A DNA stretch of 64,000 nucleotides. It comes from Azolla caroliniana (taxonomy: Eukaryota; Plantae; Polypodiophyta). Positions within the stretch are counted from its first letter, which is position 1; every line of letters starts with the position of its first letter. Below are positions 11,690 through 24,533 of the stretch, piece after piece. A program made the position numbers and the translations under genes. The stretch is taken from NCBI GenBank assembly GCA_043228905.1, contig JBHGNT010000014.1:8866001-8930000 (forward strand). The letters are read 5' to 3'. The notes under the pieces are model-generated. The model had not been told where the DNA came from, searched no databases, and saw only the letters and a list, made by a program, of their open reading frames with translations.

Positions 11690-14600
11690 TCTGTGATTTC
11701 TCGCAGACGAACAACAAGGGATGGATGTCTAGCCGTAGACGACCCAGAGAACCGACCCGACAAGACCGACCACTCACGAGGTCCATCACATGCTAGACAG
11801 AGGAGCGCGCAAAGCAAAAACCTCACTTTAGCTATTCCCTTTAGGATTAACAAGTCGACTCCACGCTCATAGAACACTGCGATGTCAAGCAGGAAGTCCT
11901 ATCACCACACAAGAATCGTGGGCTTCCCTTGCTGACCATAGCGTCCAGAATGACCTTCTCCTATCCACTCTTCAACGGCGAAACAGATGCTGCAAGCCAC
12001 ATCCGGCTGTTCCTGAATGTTTGGAACGCTAATCACATGGCGCAGTGGCTTCCAGTAGCCGAAGTGCACGAATCGAAGATTGCCGAGTTCGGATTAACTC
12101 TGGATGGTAGAGCGGCGTGCTGGCACTCTCAGATGAACCTAGCAACAATCACGATCTTCGATTAGTTGCAATCAACATTTTTGCGATTTTTTCATAGAAG
12201 GGGACCGCAACGAGAGATTATTGGACAATTTTACACCATCAAGCAATCGCCAACAAAATCCGTCGCGGATTTTAGTCTACGATTCCAAAGTCTACGACGG
12301 TAGCTTACACGGGCCCCAACAGATGAGGAAGCTAAGGAGACATTTTTGGCAGCACTCTGATGACCTATTAGAACGACGCTGAACATGCATAGTGTGAAAG
12401 GAGAAACAACCGATATGGTTATAGAGCAGGCATTACAACTCGAATTGGAGGAAGAAGATGACGGATTTTCCATGTTGTCGTTACGATAGGCATTGCCTCA
12501 GGACGAGGAACACCGCTTCCGCCAGGCTATTCAGTGCACGATCTGTCTCAACTCCGGGTATTCCGCGGTGGAATGCAATATGAGAATTCATTGCCCAATT
12601 TGTCACTCAAAGGCACACACGGTCGAGCAGTGTGAATACAATATGCTTAACAGACCTACACCCACAATACGATGCGTAGAATCACAGAAGCCACTTTGCC
12701 GAAATGATCAAGGGCAACAAGAGGAACGATCCCGATACATGGAACAGAATACGCGCGAAGACCGTCACTATTGTAATAGCTGGAACAACAACTTGTATTC
12801 CAATGAAGAGGAATTGGAGGACGAAGAATATCAGGGCAACAACCGATATAATAGAGGGGGGCGTCGTTATACCAATCGATGTTTTGCAACCAATCGCGGG
12901 GGATTCAATGGACCATGACCTTAGGGACATAATAGGTTGTTGAGCGGCAAGCTCAACCGGATCTGGATCGGCATCCGGAAGGATGAGCCGGATCGGTAGG
13001 CAAGTGAGCCGGTGAGCTGGGGAGCCGGTTAGCCGGATCCATCAGTAACCGGAAGCCTAGTGGTAGCCTGAACTACTAGGTAGTTAATGTGTTGTAGTCA
13101 ATGTCAAACGCTCGTGTGAGCATTGAAGTACACCGTACTTCTGTCAGTCCGTATGGACTTGTATAAAAGTGTTCACTGAACACATACGATGTACAGAGTA
13201 TTACAAAGTTTTAGAGTTATTTTGAATAGAGTCTTATGTTCTGCTCTCTCACTCTCTTTGTCTCTCCCGCGTACTGTGTATATTCAAGCTCTCCATTAAA
13301 CTTGCATTTCTATGTTTTCGGTTTTCTATTTGCTTCTGCACAACGTATTCTTTTACATGGTATCCGAGCATGATGGTTGAGAACCTCTACAGCCGACATA
13401 GCTTGAAAGGAAAACCAACCAAGAAGAACAGGTAAAAACCGATGGATAGAGGCATGGCTAGCTCGCTTCCGACAGAGAAGCTCGATAGAAACAACTATGC
13501 ATCTTGGTCCTACAAGATGCACTAGTACTTGCTCGGGCACGGTTACTGGAGCTATGTCGACGGAGCAAATGACACAACACCCAAATCGACACACAGATTT
13601 CCCGGTGTGGGAACAATCGGCGAGCAAAGTACTGTACTGCTTCTCGTCTTGTGTGGGCGAACAATTTTTGAGCTATATTCGGGATGTGAAAACGCCAAAG
13701 GATGCTTGGGGAAATCTGAAGAAGATTTTCGCCGCAAGTACCACAACTAGGAAGCTTCAACTCCGACAAGAGTTGAGCAACTTACGACAACATGACTTGT
13801 CGGTGGCTGATTACACCTCGAAGATCAAAGAGATATGCGACTCCTTAGCCTCTATCGATGTGAACTTCGAGGAAGGCGAGATGGTGCAGGTCTGTCTTCG
13901 GGGACTGGCGTCGAAGTTTGGAGCATTCCAAGCTGCTATGTGTACACGGGAGAAAACGTCGTCGTTTTTTGACTTACAATCAATGCTCCTTGTAGAGGAA
14001 AACCACGCCGGTGCGTCAAAAGGTGCAACCACCGACAACCGGATGTTATACACGGAGGCGGATCGGCCCTGTGGGCGTGGTGGACGAGGCAGGTCGGCTC
14101 GCAATGGTAGCGGCCGGCAAGAGTAGGACCGAAGGCACAGAGAGCGTGCCGACAGCAGTTCCGGATCCTCCGCAAGCAAGGGGAGTCAAGACGGCGCCGG
14201 AGGCTGGCCAACAAAGTCCAACACGGAATGCTGGTACTGTGGCAAAAAGGGCCATAGAGAAAGCGAGTGCTAGAAGAAGCGCGCCGATTCGGACAAATCC
14301 GGATCCGGCAAGGCCGACAGAGAGAACCGGCAATACTCGCACTACGCAGAAGGATCAGGAGGATCCAAAACTAGAAAAACCGGTAAAGGGCCAACCTTGG
14401 TGATGAAACACGAGGCTAACTCGATGAAGAAGACCACTTCCAAATCGGAGGAAGTGTGGTACGTTGATTCCGGTGTGTCGAATCACATGACAAGCCACAA
14501 AGAGTGGTTCTCCTTCTTGGAGAAACCGGAACAACAAGGAGTCGTCGAAACTGGAGACGACACTCTTCACCCAATCGTGCATATCGGAGAAGTCACTTTG

Positions 14601-16658
14601 AGCCACGTCGGATAGAGGGGGAAGCTGATGAACGTATTACATGTTCCGACTATCACGAAGAACCTCGTGTCAGTCGGTTAGATCGTTGACTAGGGGATGC
14701 AAGTGCGGTTTACGCACCTCGGGTGGTTCATCGAGGAAGAGGGCCAAATCATTGCGCAAGGGCGTAGAGACAGGAGGATGTTTATCCTTGACACCAATGA
14801 CGTCTACACTGCTTTGTTCGCCAAAGGACAGAAGATTGAATTGGATATCGATCTCTGGCACAAGCGGATTGGCCACGTCAATTACCGGAGGCTTCAAGAC
14901 CTGCAAACGAAACAAGTTTTTTTCGGTTTGCCGAAGTTCAGTGGCCGGAAGGCCCATATATGTGAAGCCTACCAACTTGGGAAGCAACACCAGCTTCCAT
15001 TCCCCACTGAACGAAACTGTGGCCGTAACAAGCTCGACCTTATTCATTCGGATGTATGGGCACCGACACAGAACGTTAGTCTTGGCGGGAGTCGGTATTT
15101 TGTCTCCTTCATCGACAACTACAGCCGACACACATGGATCGGTGACAAGGTGACAAGGTGTCTGCGCATGAGCTGTATTTCGGGTGCAAGCCAAATATAA
15201 GACACCTTCGGATATTCAGTAGCATTGCATATGTGCATGTGCCGGATGAGAAGCGGAGGAAGTTGGATGCAAAGTCGGAGAAATGCATCTTGGTCGGCTA
15301 CTCGCATGAGCAAAAGGGGTATAAGTGTTATAACCCCCGGTCGAAGCAGGTCCGAGTTGGCCAAGATGTTGAGTTTGATGAGACGGCATCATGGTATGCC
15401 TTATCGGCTCCGACTTCCGACCCCGACCCAATATCGGAGGATGAGGTTAGTGAGCCTAAATCGGTCTAGATAGAAGATGAAGACCTCGGCACTCTAGAAG
15501 AGAGTCCGATCTCATTTCGGTTAAGTGGACCGAATGAGCGGCTGAGTCGGGATGACCAGTCAGATGAGGAACCGACAAGTAATGGAGACTCTGCCGTGCT
15601 TGCCCCGCGCAAGGAACCGAGGAGACGGTTAACGCGCAAAGAGAAGGGGAAGAAGAAAATGCCAGAATACGAAACCGGCAACGTTGAGTTGGATCGGAGT
15701 GAATCCGACTACGGTAAGGACAAAGGCGGATCTTCGGGAACGAAGTTCGAACCGGCCAAGAAGGGCCTCAAACCGGGTAACGATAAGTTACGCTGGTCTT
15801 CCCGCCAGAAGAACCCCGTGAAGCGGTATGGGTACAATGAGTACATGGCGCATCACTATGCGTACATGACTAAGGTGGTGGAAGTGCGTGAGCCGGAGAG
15901 CTACATAGAAGTGGCAAGGGACGCAAATTGGCGTGCCGCTATGGAGGAAGAAATGTGGGCACTTGATGCCAATGACACATGGGACCTAGTTGACCCTCCC
16001 CAACACTGTAAACCGATCGGATGTAAGTGGGTGTACAAGGTAAAGTACAATGCCGACGGTTCGGTTAACCGGTACAAGGCCCGGTTAGTGGCGAAGGGAT
16101 ACGCGCAGACCCACGGATTCGACTAGGACGAGACCTTCGCTCTAGTAGGGAAGATGACAACGGTTCTTGTGGTACTGGCGGTTGCTGCGGCAAGGGAGTG
16201 GCATCTTCACCAGATGGACGTTGTCGTGGAGAAAACCGTCCCTAGGCGGAATTGGAGAACAATGTGCGCGAACCGGCCCTTACATGTGGGCACAAGTTTT
16301 GTTGTAATGTACATATTTAGATACAAGTCGGCTGATGTGGATATCCTAGGTCGCACGGGTAGGAAATTGAGGCATATATCTGTCCGAAAGGACAGAGAAT
16401 AAAGATAAAGTAACAAGTTGTAACGGCCTCCCTCCTTGGGCTATAAAAGAGAGGGAGAGGAATCGTAAAAGGGATCGCATTTGTGGAGGACGAAGTGCTG
16501 TCGGACTGGGACCGAGCTCTTCTCCTCCGTCTTTCTCTACGTTTGTGCTGTGCAGGTTTTTGGGAGGCTGACTCTGCTCCGCGGAACGCCCGAGTGCTTC
16601 CGACAGAATCTCCATCAAAGCTTGTCGCTCACCGGCCCGTCGGTTGTAACCCCTTTCA

Positions 16659-16715
<57 letters not shown>

Positions 16716-16880
16716 CACGCATTCATCTTGTTTCAATCGGTTGCGATCTCTCTGTATGTGTGTGTGTGCGAAGCACGACCATTGTCTTTCTCGCCCCCCT
16801 CCTGCTCTCTTGTTCCTCGGTCCAAGACCCTCGTGGTCCCGCCTCGTTTTACACGCACACGCGTAATAACGCGACATATT

Positions 16881-16898
16881 TGGTGAACCCGACGTGAA
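16881..16898 (+). promoter_or_regulatory. Primer-binding site, tRNA-Trp (18 nt)
   Basis: TGGTGAACCCGACGTGAA is complementary to the plant cytosolic tRNA-Trp 3' end (TTCACGTCGGGTTCACCA). It is identical in B2 at 38119-38136 (minus strand). Confidence 0.85.
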
Positions 16899-18973
16899 CA
16901 TGCGGTAGAGGAATAGAAAAGATGAGGGGAACGGAGCTTGTAGAAGCCAAGGCTTCAACTGTAGATCGATTAGTGAGTGTGCGTGAAGGCACAGGTGCCC
17001 TCGATAGGGCTATTGAAGTAATCATTGGCACGATAGGCTGGTTCGGTGGAAAGGACGCGACAAGCTACTTGGAGGCCTACCGAGCCGAAATGGTGATGAG
17101 GGGCATTCCGGAAGCTAGTTAACTGGCCAGATTCCCTCGGGTGGCGATGCCGGGCATCCACGTGGAGGTGCTCGAGGTACGGGCTGAGAGCCTGACCTGG
17201 GAAGAGTTTGAAAGTCGGCTTCTTGAGAAATACGGGCTTGATGACGCACGTCGGCTATTGAAGCAGAACTTCATGGAATGGGTGGAGACCCCCGAAAAGG
17301 GGAGAAACGCGTCGGTGCTCCTCCGGGAGTTTGAAGAACACTTCGCGTGTCTTTCGGCGCTGGACCGGACCGTACTAGACACAAGTCGTGTCCTATTATT
17401 TGTTAAATCGGTGGTCGTGAGGGACCGGGAGCAAGTGGGCCTCCTGCTGGAGACCGACGACGGGCTGACGAGTGACTGGGCCATGGTGAAGAGAGTCTAC
17501 GACCGTTTCGACAAACGGCGTGAATGGGTCGATAAAGGCTTGACGGGGGCAGGCTCTGTTGCGGCAAGGAAGCTCGAGGTACCCCCACCGACGTGAAGGG
17601 AGGAGACCCGAGATTGGCTTGAGACCGGCTCGACTTCGATCGATGTGGTCAAGGGCTCGTCCGGAGGTGCGGCTCTGGAGGAGCTAACTCAGATGGTGAG
17701 GGACCTCCAAGTTGCATAAGCACGAAGGGACGACGGCGAACAAGCCTGCGACCGGCCATTGGTGCTTGTGGTGCGACGCGGTCGGCCACACCCAGAAGGA
17801 CTGCGGGGATTTCGCTGAAGCGATAAGGTCTAACATGGTATACCTGTGGAATGGGCGGCCAGTAGACACTAGTGAAACCAGGAGGGCCCTGGAACTGAAC
17901 GTCGGACGAGGGGGAATGAAGCGGCTGATGGAAGAAGCGCCGGCTCGCCATGCGGAGACTGCCCACTACTTGGCGTTGGTAGGAATCTGGGTCGGGAGCG
18001 ACGAGGTCCGGAAGACGAAGGACTTCGGGTTCTGGCCATTGATGATAGAAGGCCTCGCTGACGTACGATTGAGGAAAGAGGAAGCGAACCACGCAGAAAG
18101 ACAGGTCCGGGAGGTAACCGGGTGGAGTGACCCGGTCGAAGAAAAGACGGGCTTCGTAGAAGCCGCGTGCTAGAACTATGAGGTTCTGATGGAAGAGAAG
18201 CGTGCGAGAAAAACCGGAGGGGCTGGACCCTCACAACGGTATGAGACCTGGTTCGAGCTGAGGCAGAATGACGCTGGTGCACCCGACGCACCGGATAAAG
18301 CCAAGAAGGCCGGTTACCGGTTGAGCACGGAGATGGAAAGGACCATGGACCTACGAAAGGTCCAGGAGGAACGGATCCTCGACAACAAAGTGGAGCTGTT
18401 GCTGAGGGAAGTGCTCGGGATTGCCAAGAAGGAGTTCCACGACTCCATTGTAGACTTGGTGAAGCGAAAAAGGCTTTCGATGGAGCCGGAGCCAGAGAAG
18501 CCGGTGGAGGTGCGAACGACGTACCTAGAAGACATGGCCTTGGAAGACGAGTTGGCGGAACGCCATTATTCGAGGCTACATTGGGCTAGAGCCACTACGG
18601 AGACACCCCCGTTAAGAATAGAGATATCTAGGAGCCAGTGGTGGCGTTGGTAGACCATGGTTCGGAAATCAACCTGATGTCCATGGACTTTTACAAGAAG
18701 GCAAGTGGCCGATCAACACCAAGCACGAGTGGAAAATACGAGCGACGAAGCGCGCCATGGAGGAGCTACACGGAGCTTGCCCGAATGTACGAGTGAAAAT
18801 CAGTGATGTCGAGATCGATCGACGCTTCTTTGTGCAGGAGACATCCTCGCATCCGGTGATACTCGGGGAACCGTACATCACAACGGCACGAATGGAGACG
18901 AAGGTGCTGGACAAGAGTTCGGCGTACGCACAAGTCAAGAGCCAGGACGGGCATCATTCCGTCCAGTTTTTGA

Positions 18974-19073
18974 NNNNNNNNNNNNNNNNNNNNNNNNNNN
19001 NNNNNNNNNNNNNNNNNNNNNNNNNNNNNNNNNNNNNNNNNNNNNNNNNNNNNNNNNNNNNNNNNNNNNNNNN
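18974..19073. other. Assembly gap (100 N)
   Basis: Run of N between the protease end and RNase H of B1. Confidence 0.99.
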
Positions 19074-22000
19074 ACCGGAATCAGATGGGTGATCAACCAA
19101 GAGGATGAGAATGGCATGAGGTTACCCATCTGGTTCGGCGCGAAAGTCCTTAGTGAACGACAGCGAGGGTACGCCCAAGTTAAACGCGAACTCTGGGGTA
19201 TCGTTTCGGCGGTCAAGGCTGACAAAGACTATTTGATCGGGACGGAGGTGATAATTGAGACGAACTGCCTGCCGATTCTCGGTATGGTTTCCGGATGCGC
19301 GACGCTGGACCTGGAAATGCTCAGGTGGATAGCGTACATCAAGTCCCTGAATCCTGAAATACGACACATTTCCAGAAAAGACAACGCCATGGCCGACATG
19401 CTTTCAAGGGCGAGATTCAATGATGAGAACAACATGGTTTCGGAGGACGAAGAAGTCGGCGTGGACTTCTTCGAGATGGCTTATGTAACAACAAGGAAGG
19501 GGAGCACTCCGGCGCTTAACGAGTTCGACAAGCGCAAGTACGACGGGAAGTGGCTCCAGATCAGCGGGTTCCTGAAAACAATGACACCGGACGTGGCGTG
19601 GATGAAGGAAGAGACCAACCTTATTCAGAAGAAAGCGTACCGATTCTTTCTACGGGATGGGTGCATATGGAAGCACCCGAAGAAGAGAAATGACATTCCG
19701 CTTCGGGTTGTGGCGAAGAAAGAGGAACAGGTGGAACTGCTGACAACGTACCACGAGAGTCCCTGGGCTGGACACTGCGGGTCGTGGGCCACATTCGAGA
19801 AACTGAAGGGGAAGTACTAGTGGCTGGGACTATACCATGATGTGCATCGGTTCGTGACGGCTTGCGAAAGCTGTTAGATGCACTCCATAGTCCGACATCG
19901 GGACGAGCTCCACCCGACCTACCCTCCGACTATCCATTTCAAGTGGATGGTGGATCTGGTGACGATGCTGATGGGGGTAGGGCAGATGCGATATTTGGTG
20001 CTGGCTCGAGAGGACCTGACGAACCAGGTGGAAGGCCGAGCGTTGCTGAACAAAACGACCACGGCCGTGTGCCGATTTCTAATTGAAGAAGTGGTATGTC
20101 GGTACGGGTGCGTAGGAAAGATCGTAGCCGACCGCGGAGAACTGGACGCACAAGAGGCTGAAGAGCTGTTTGATCGGCTAGGGCTTAAACTCTCGCTCAC
20201 CATGACGTACAATCCTTCCGGAGGCGAACAGGAAGGTGGAATGCGGACACAAGCTGATCGTCAAAGCATTAGTGTGGGCATGTGGAGGCCAAGTCGGAAA
20301 CTAGCCGCGACTCTTACCCTATGCGTTGTGGGCCGACCGAACTACGCACAGTTCGGTGACTGGGTTCATGTTGCGGGCCGCGAAAAAGTTGCGGGCCGCG
20401 AGGGTAAAGAACAAGGGGTGATTCGACCGGACCCACCGACTAAGGTGGAAGAAAATCGAGGAAGGCGACTAGGTTCTGGTATATGACATTAGCCTCGACA
20501 ACCAACACAAGGCGATGCGGAAGTTCGCAAGAAGGTGGTTCGGTCCTTATGTGGTGATAAGTGCCAATGACAATGGGACCTACCATCTCGGAAGGCTTGA
20601 TGAGACGAGGATGGCAGTACCAGTGGCCGGGAAAAGGATCAAAGCGTTCAAAAAGCAGCACGAGGATGAACCAAACCAGGACGACTTGGATAGCGAGGAC
20701 GACTGGTTCGGAACGAATGGCGATCCGGAGGACGAAGGGTAAGCACGGGCCGGTCTTCTCCGGCAAGAGTCTATTTTGGCGCTTACTGGTGGATGCATGG
20801 TTAGGTGGGGGCGGATGTCGTGGAGAAAACCATCCCTAGGCGGAATTGGAGAATAATGTGCGCGAATCGGCCCTTACACACGGGCACAAGTTTTGTTGTA
20901 ATGTACATATTTAGGTACAAGGCGGCTGATGTGGATATCCTAGGTCGCACGGGTAGGAAATCGAGGCATATCTCTATCCGAAAGGACAGAGAATAAAGAT
21001 AAAGTAACAAGTTGTAACGGCCTCCCTCCTTGGGCTATAAAAGAGACGGAGAGGAATCGTAAAAGGGATCGCTTTTGTGGAGGATGAAGTGCTGTTGGAC
21101 TGGGATTGAGCTCTTCTCCTCCGTCTTTCTCTGTGTTTGTGCTATGCAGGTTTTCGGGAGGCTGACTCTGCTCCACGGAACGCCTGAGTGCTTCCGGGCA
21201 GAGTCTCCATCTCGTGTCTATGTGCGTGTCGGCGTCAGAGCTTGTCGCTTACCGGCCCGCCGGTTGTAACCCCTTTCATCTGATATATATATATATATAT
21301 ACACGCATTCATCTTGTTTCAATTGGTTGTAGTCTCTGTGTATTTGTGTGTGTGCGAAGCATGACCGTTGTCTTTCTTGCTCCCCTCCTACTCTCTTGTC
21401 CCTTGGTCCAAGACCCTCGTGGTCCCACCTCGTTCTACACGCACGCGCGTAATAACGCGACAACGTGAAGAATGCATTTCTTCAAGGCGATCTTGAAGAA
21501 GAGGTCTTTATGACCCAATCTTCTGGTTTCCAAACGAAGATGAACAAGTCGGCAGTATGCCGGCTGAAGAAGTCACTTTATGGCCTGAAGCAAGCCCCTC
21601 GAGCTTGGAATGCCAAGATCACGCACCGGTTGCGTAAGATGGGGTTTGCGGCCTCCAAGTCTGATTCTTCGTTGTTCATCCAGCAAGGTCCGAACAGTCC
21701 AGTTTGCATCTTATTGTATGTTGATGATCTAGTCATCACCGGACCCGGACTTGATGAAATCAGCCGAGTCAAGTCCCAGCTATCGGACGCATTTGAGATG
21801 AAGGATCTGGGGGACCTTCACTATTTCCTTGGGATCAAGGCGATCCGAACCCCCGACGGCATATTGCTCTCACAGAGACACTATGTGTTGAATATGTTGT
21901 ACAAGTTCGGCATGAAGGAATGCCGACCTATTTCTACACCCCTGGACCGGAACCAGAAGCTCTGTCCCGACTCTGAACCGGCATGCGATGAGAAACGGTT

Positions 22001-24304
22001 CCGACAAATCGTCGGTAGCCTTACATATTTGAAAATCACCCAACCTGACATCAGTTATCCAGTCGGCATGATCAACCAATATATGCAGCAGCCAATCGTG
22101 GAGCACCTTCTGTGCGCACATCAAATTTTGCGATATGTGAGCGGCACGAAGGAACGAGGACTGTTATACTGGCATGGTATAACCGAAGAGCTAGTCGGCT
22201 ACACCGATGCCGAATGGGCCGGCGATGCATCGGATCGCCGATCCACCTCCGGCTATATGTTTTCCCTTGGTAGCGTGGCTGTTGCGTGGAGCAGGAAAAA
22301 GTAGCCAACAGTGGCTCTTTCGAGCACTGAGGCTGAATATCGGGGCGCTACCGTTGCCACCTGTGAAGCCATTTGGCTTCGACGACTGCTGCAAGACCTG
22401 CGGATCGAGGTGCCGACCCCGATCCTGATCTACTGCGACAACATAAGCAACATGCAGCTTCCCAAGAACCCCGTATTCCATGCTCGCACAAAGCACATAA
22501 AAGTGCACTACCACTTCGTGTGTGAGCATGTCCTTAGCGGTGAAGTCGAGCTCCGGTATGTTCATACGGATCGGCAAGTTGCTGACATCTTCACCAAACC
22601 GCTCGAATCGGACAAGTTACAACACTTCATCGAAATGCTTGGTGTTCAGCATCTCGACGTGCCACACTTGAGGGGGAGAACGGGCAAAGACACCGAAACT
22701 GTCGAGTGCGCCGGTGAGGGAAGAACCGACAAAGGGAGAGACAAGAAGAAGAAAGGAGCCAAGTCGACAAAGGAAGTTGACACATCCGAACAAGTCGGAG
22801 CAAGCGGTAGCGGCGGCAGAGTCAAGAAGGACAGAGCCGACCGAAAGAAGAAGGCCAAGACCCGGACATGGTCCGATGTGGTGAAGGGCCTGGAACCGGA
22901 GGACGAATCACGAGCAACCGATTCAGACAAGAGCTGGAACGAATCAGAGACAACTGATTCAGTTCAATAGACGGATTCGGAAGAACCCGATCAATTCAAG
23001 GCCAAGAGGACGAGAAGGCAGCGAAAGTCAACGCCAACACGAAGGAATCGGCGAATTGGCAAGCGCCAAAGTCACAACAGCCAGGGAGCTAAATTGGGCC
23101 TGTTGAGCAGACAAACCGACCGAGGAAGTCGAGGTGCGCAAAATCAAAAGGGTTGCAGAAAATGGAACCGGACCGGACGAGGAGCATGAGTGAGGCGGAG
23201 TGACGCCAGAAGGAGTCGGGTGGAAGGACTAGCTGCCATGGAGATTGACACTACGATCCGACCTCAAGTTGAGCTTGAGGGGGAGTGTTGAGCAGCAAGC
23301 TCAACCGGATCCGAATCGGTTGAATAAGCCTAAGCCGGATTTGCATCCGGAAGGATGAGTCAGATCGGTAAGCAAGTGAGCCGGTGAGCCAGTTAGCCGG
23401 ATCCATCAGTAACCGAAAGCCTAGTAGTAGCCTGAACTACTAGGTAGTTAATGTCTTGTAGTCAGTGTTAGACGCTCGTGTGAGCATTGAAGTACACCGT
23501 ACTTCTGTCAGTCCGTATGGACTTGCATAAAAGTGTTCACTGAACACATACGATGTACAGAGTATTAAAGAGTTTTAGAGTTATTTTGAATAGAGTCTTA
23601 TGTTCTGCTCTCTCAATCTCTTTGTCTCTCCCGCGTACTGTGTATATTCAAGCTCTCCATTAAACCTGCATTTATGTGTTTTCAGTTTTCTATTTGCTTC
23701 CGTAAAACGTATTCTTTTACATAGGCGTTGAGTGACAAGCTCAACATTGGGTGCGTAATATGGCGTGTAACCCAGTGCGTAGACTGGATGCGTAAGTTAG
23801 TGTTGAGAATCGACGCTCCGATTCACCTTCACCACTCGGCCACAACCGAGTAATCGCGGATCAATGCGGCAGAAAATAGGAACCAAACGGAGAAACAAAA
23901 CGCGAGCACACAGGGATTAACGTGGAAAGCCCTAGATGGGAAAAACCACGGGAGTACAAGACTCCAAACCAACACTGTACAAAGAGAAGTATACAATGGC
24001 GAGTTGCAAGGCGACAACCTTGAGCTCGCTGTCCTCGCCACAGGCGGCGGAAATACACAGAGGCGTCGACCTCTTCCTCTCTCTCTCTCGCGCGATCTAT
24101 CTCTCTCTCACGGCTGCTCTCTCTCTTCACTCCTCTAGAGTGGAAAAACAGAAAAATGAATAGCAACAACATAAACTGTTTGCCCTAAGTCATATTTATA
24201 CATATATGACTTTCGGGCTATTTACAAATATAGCCTCAAGGGCCCTTGGCAAACATATTCACAAATATGTCCCCGCATCCGGATCTCTCTCCGGGTTCAT
24301 ACGT

Positions 24305-24461
24305 CATCCGGTTCCGTAACTGGGGTCTTCAGCATCCGGCTCCGTAACCGGGGTCTTCATCATCCGGTTCCGTAATTGGGGTCTTCAGCATCCGGCTCCG
24401 TAACCGGGGTCTTCATCATCCGGCTCCGTAACCGGGGTCTTCATCATCCGGCTCCGTAACC
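24305..24461. repeat. 28-bp tandem array (~5.6 units) in U3 of element E; second copy at 29143-29299
   Basis: catccggYtccgtaacYggggtcttcaK starting at 24305, 24333, 24361, 24389, 24417 and 24445. Confidence 0.92.
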
Positions 24462-24533
24462 ACCTCCGGGCTTGCCGTCATTCATCTCCGGACATCCCAT
24501 CCGGAGGGACCGAAATCCTAACAAACTCCCCCT

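Larger units (their letters stand above)
16222..21462 (+). mobile_element. Ty3/gypsy clade B full-length copy B1 (LTRs 16222-16876 and 20816-21462; 4-bp TSD ACGT), degenerate
   Basis: Paired TGTCG...GCGACA LTRs; acgt at 16218-16221 and 21463-21466; removal restores the copia RT motif QMDV|KNAF. Gag knuckle CLWCDAVGHTQKDC, protease ALVDHGSEINL, RNase H, integrase with GPY motif and acidic tail, PPT ggtgggggcgga. Confidence 0.95.
12938..23721 (+). mobile_element. Ty1/copia element C, degenerate (LTRs 12938-13357 and 23286-23721; PBS tRNA-iMet at 13358; TSD taggt/taggc)
   Basis: Matching TG...CA LTRs; tggtatccgagc; gag (MDRGMASSLPTEK), WYVDSG protease, HSDVW integrase, YVDD RT, RNase H; PPT 23278-23285. 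Interrupted by B1. Confidence 0.95.

Noticed and set aside
16663-16716. IYIYIY-rich ORFs
   Set aside because: Translation of a (TA)n microsatellite in the B1 LTR.
24305-24461. CRISPR-like array (also 56130-56405 and 58250-58460)
   Set aside because: The units are head-to-tail with no unique spacers, lie inside LTRs, and no cas genes are present.
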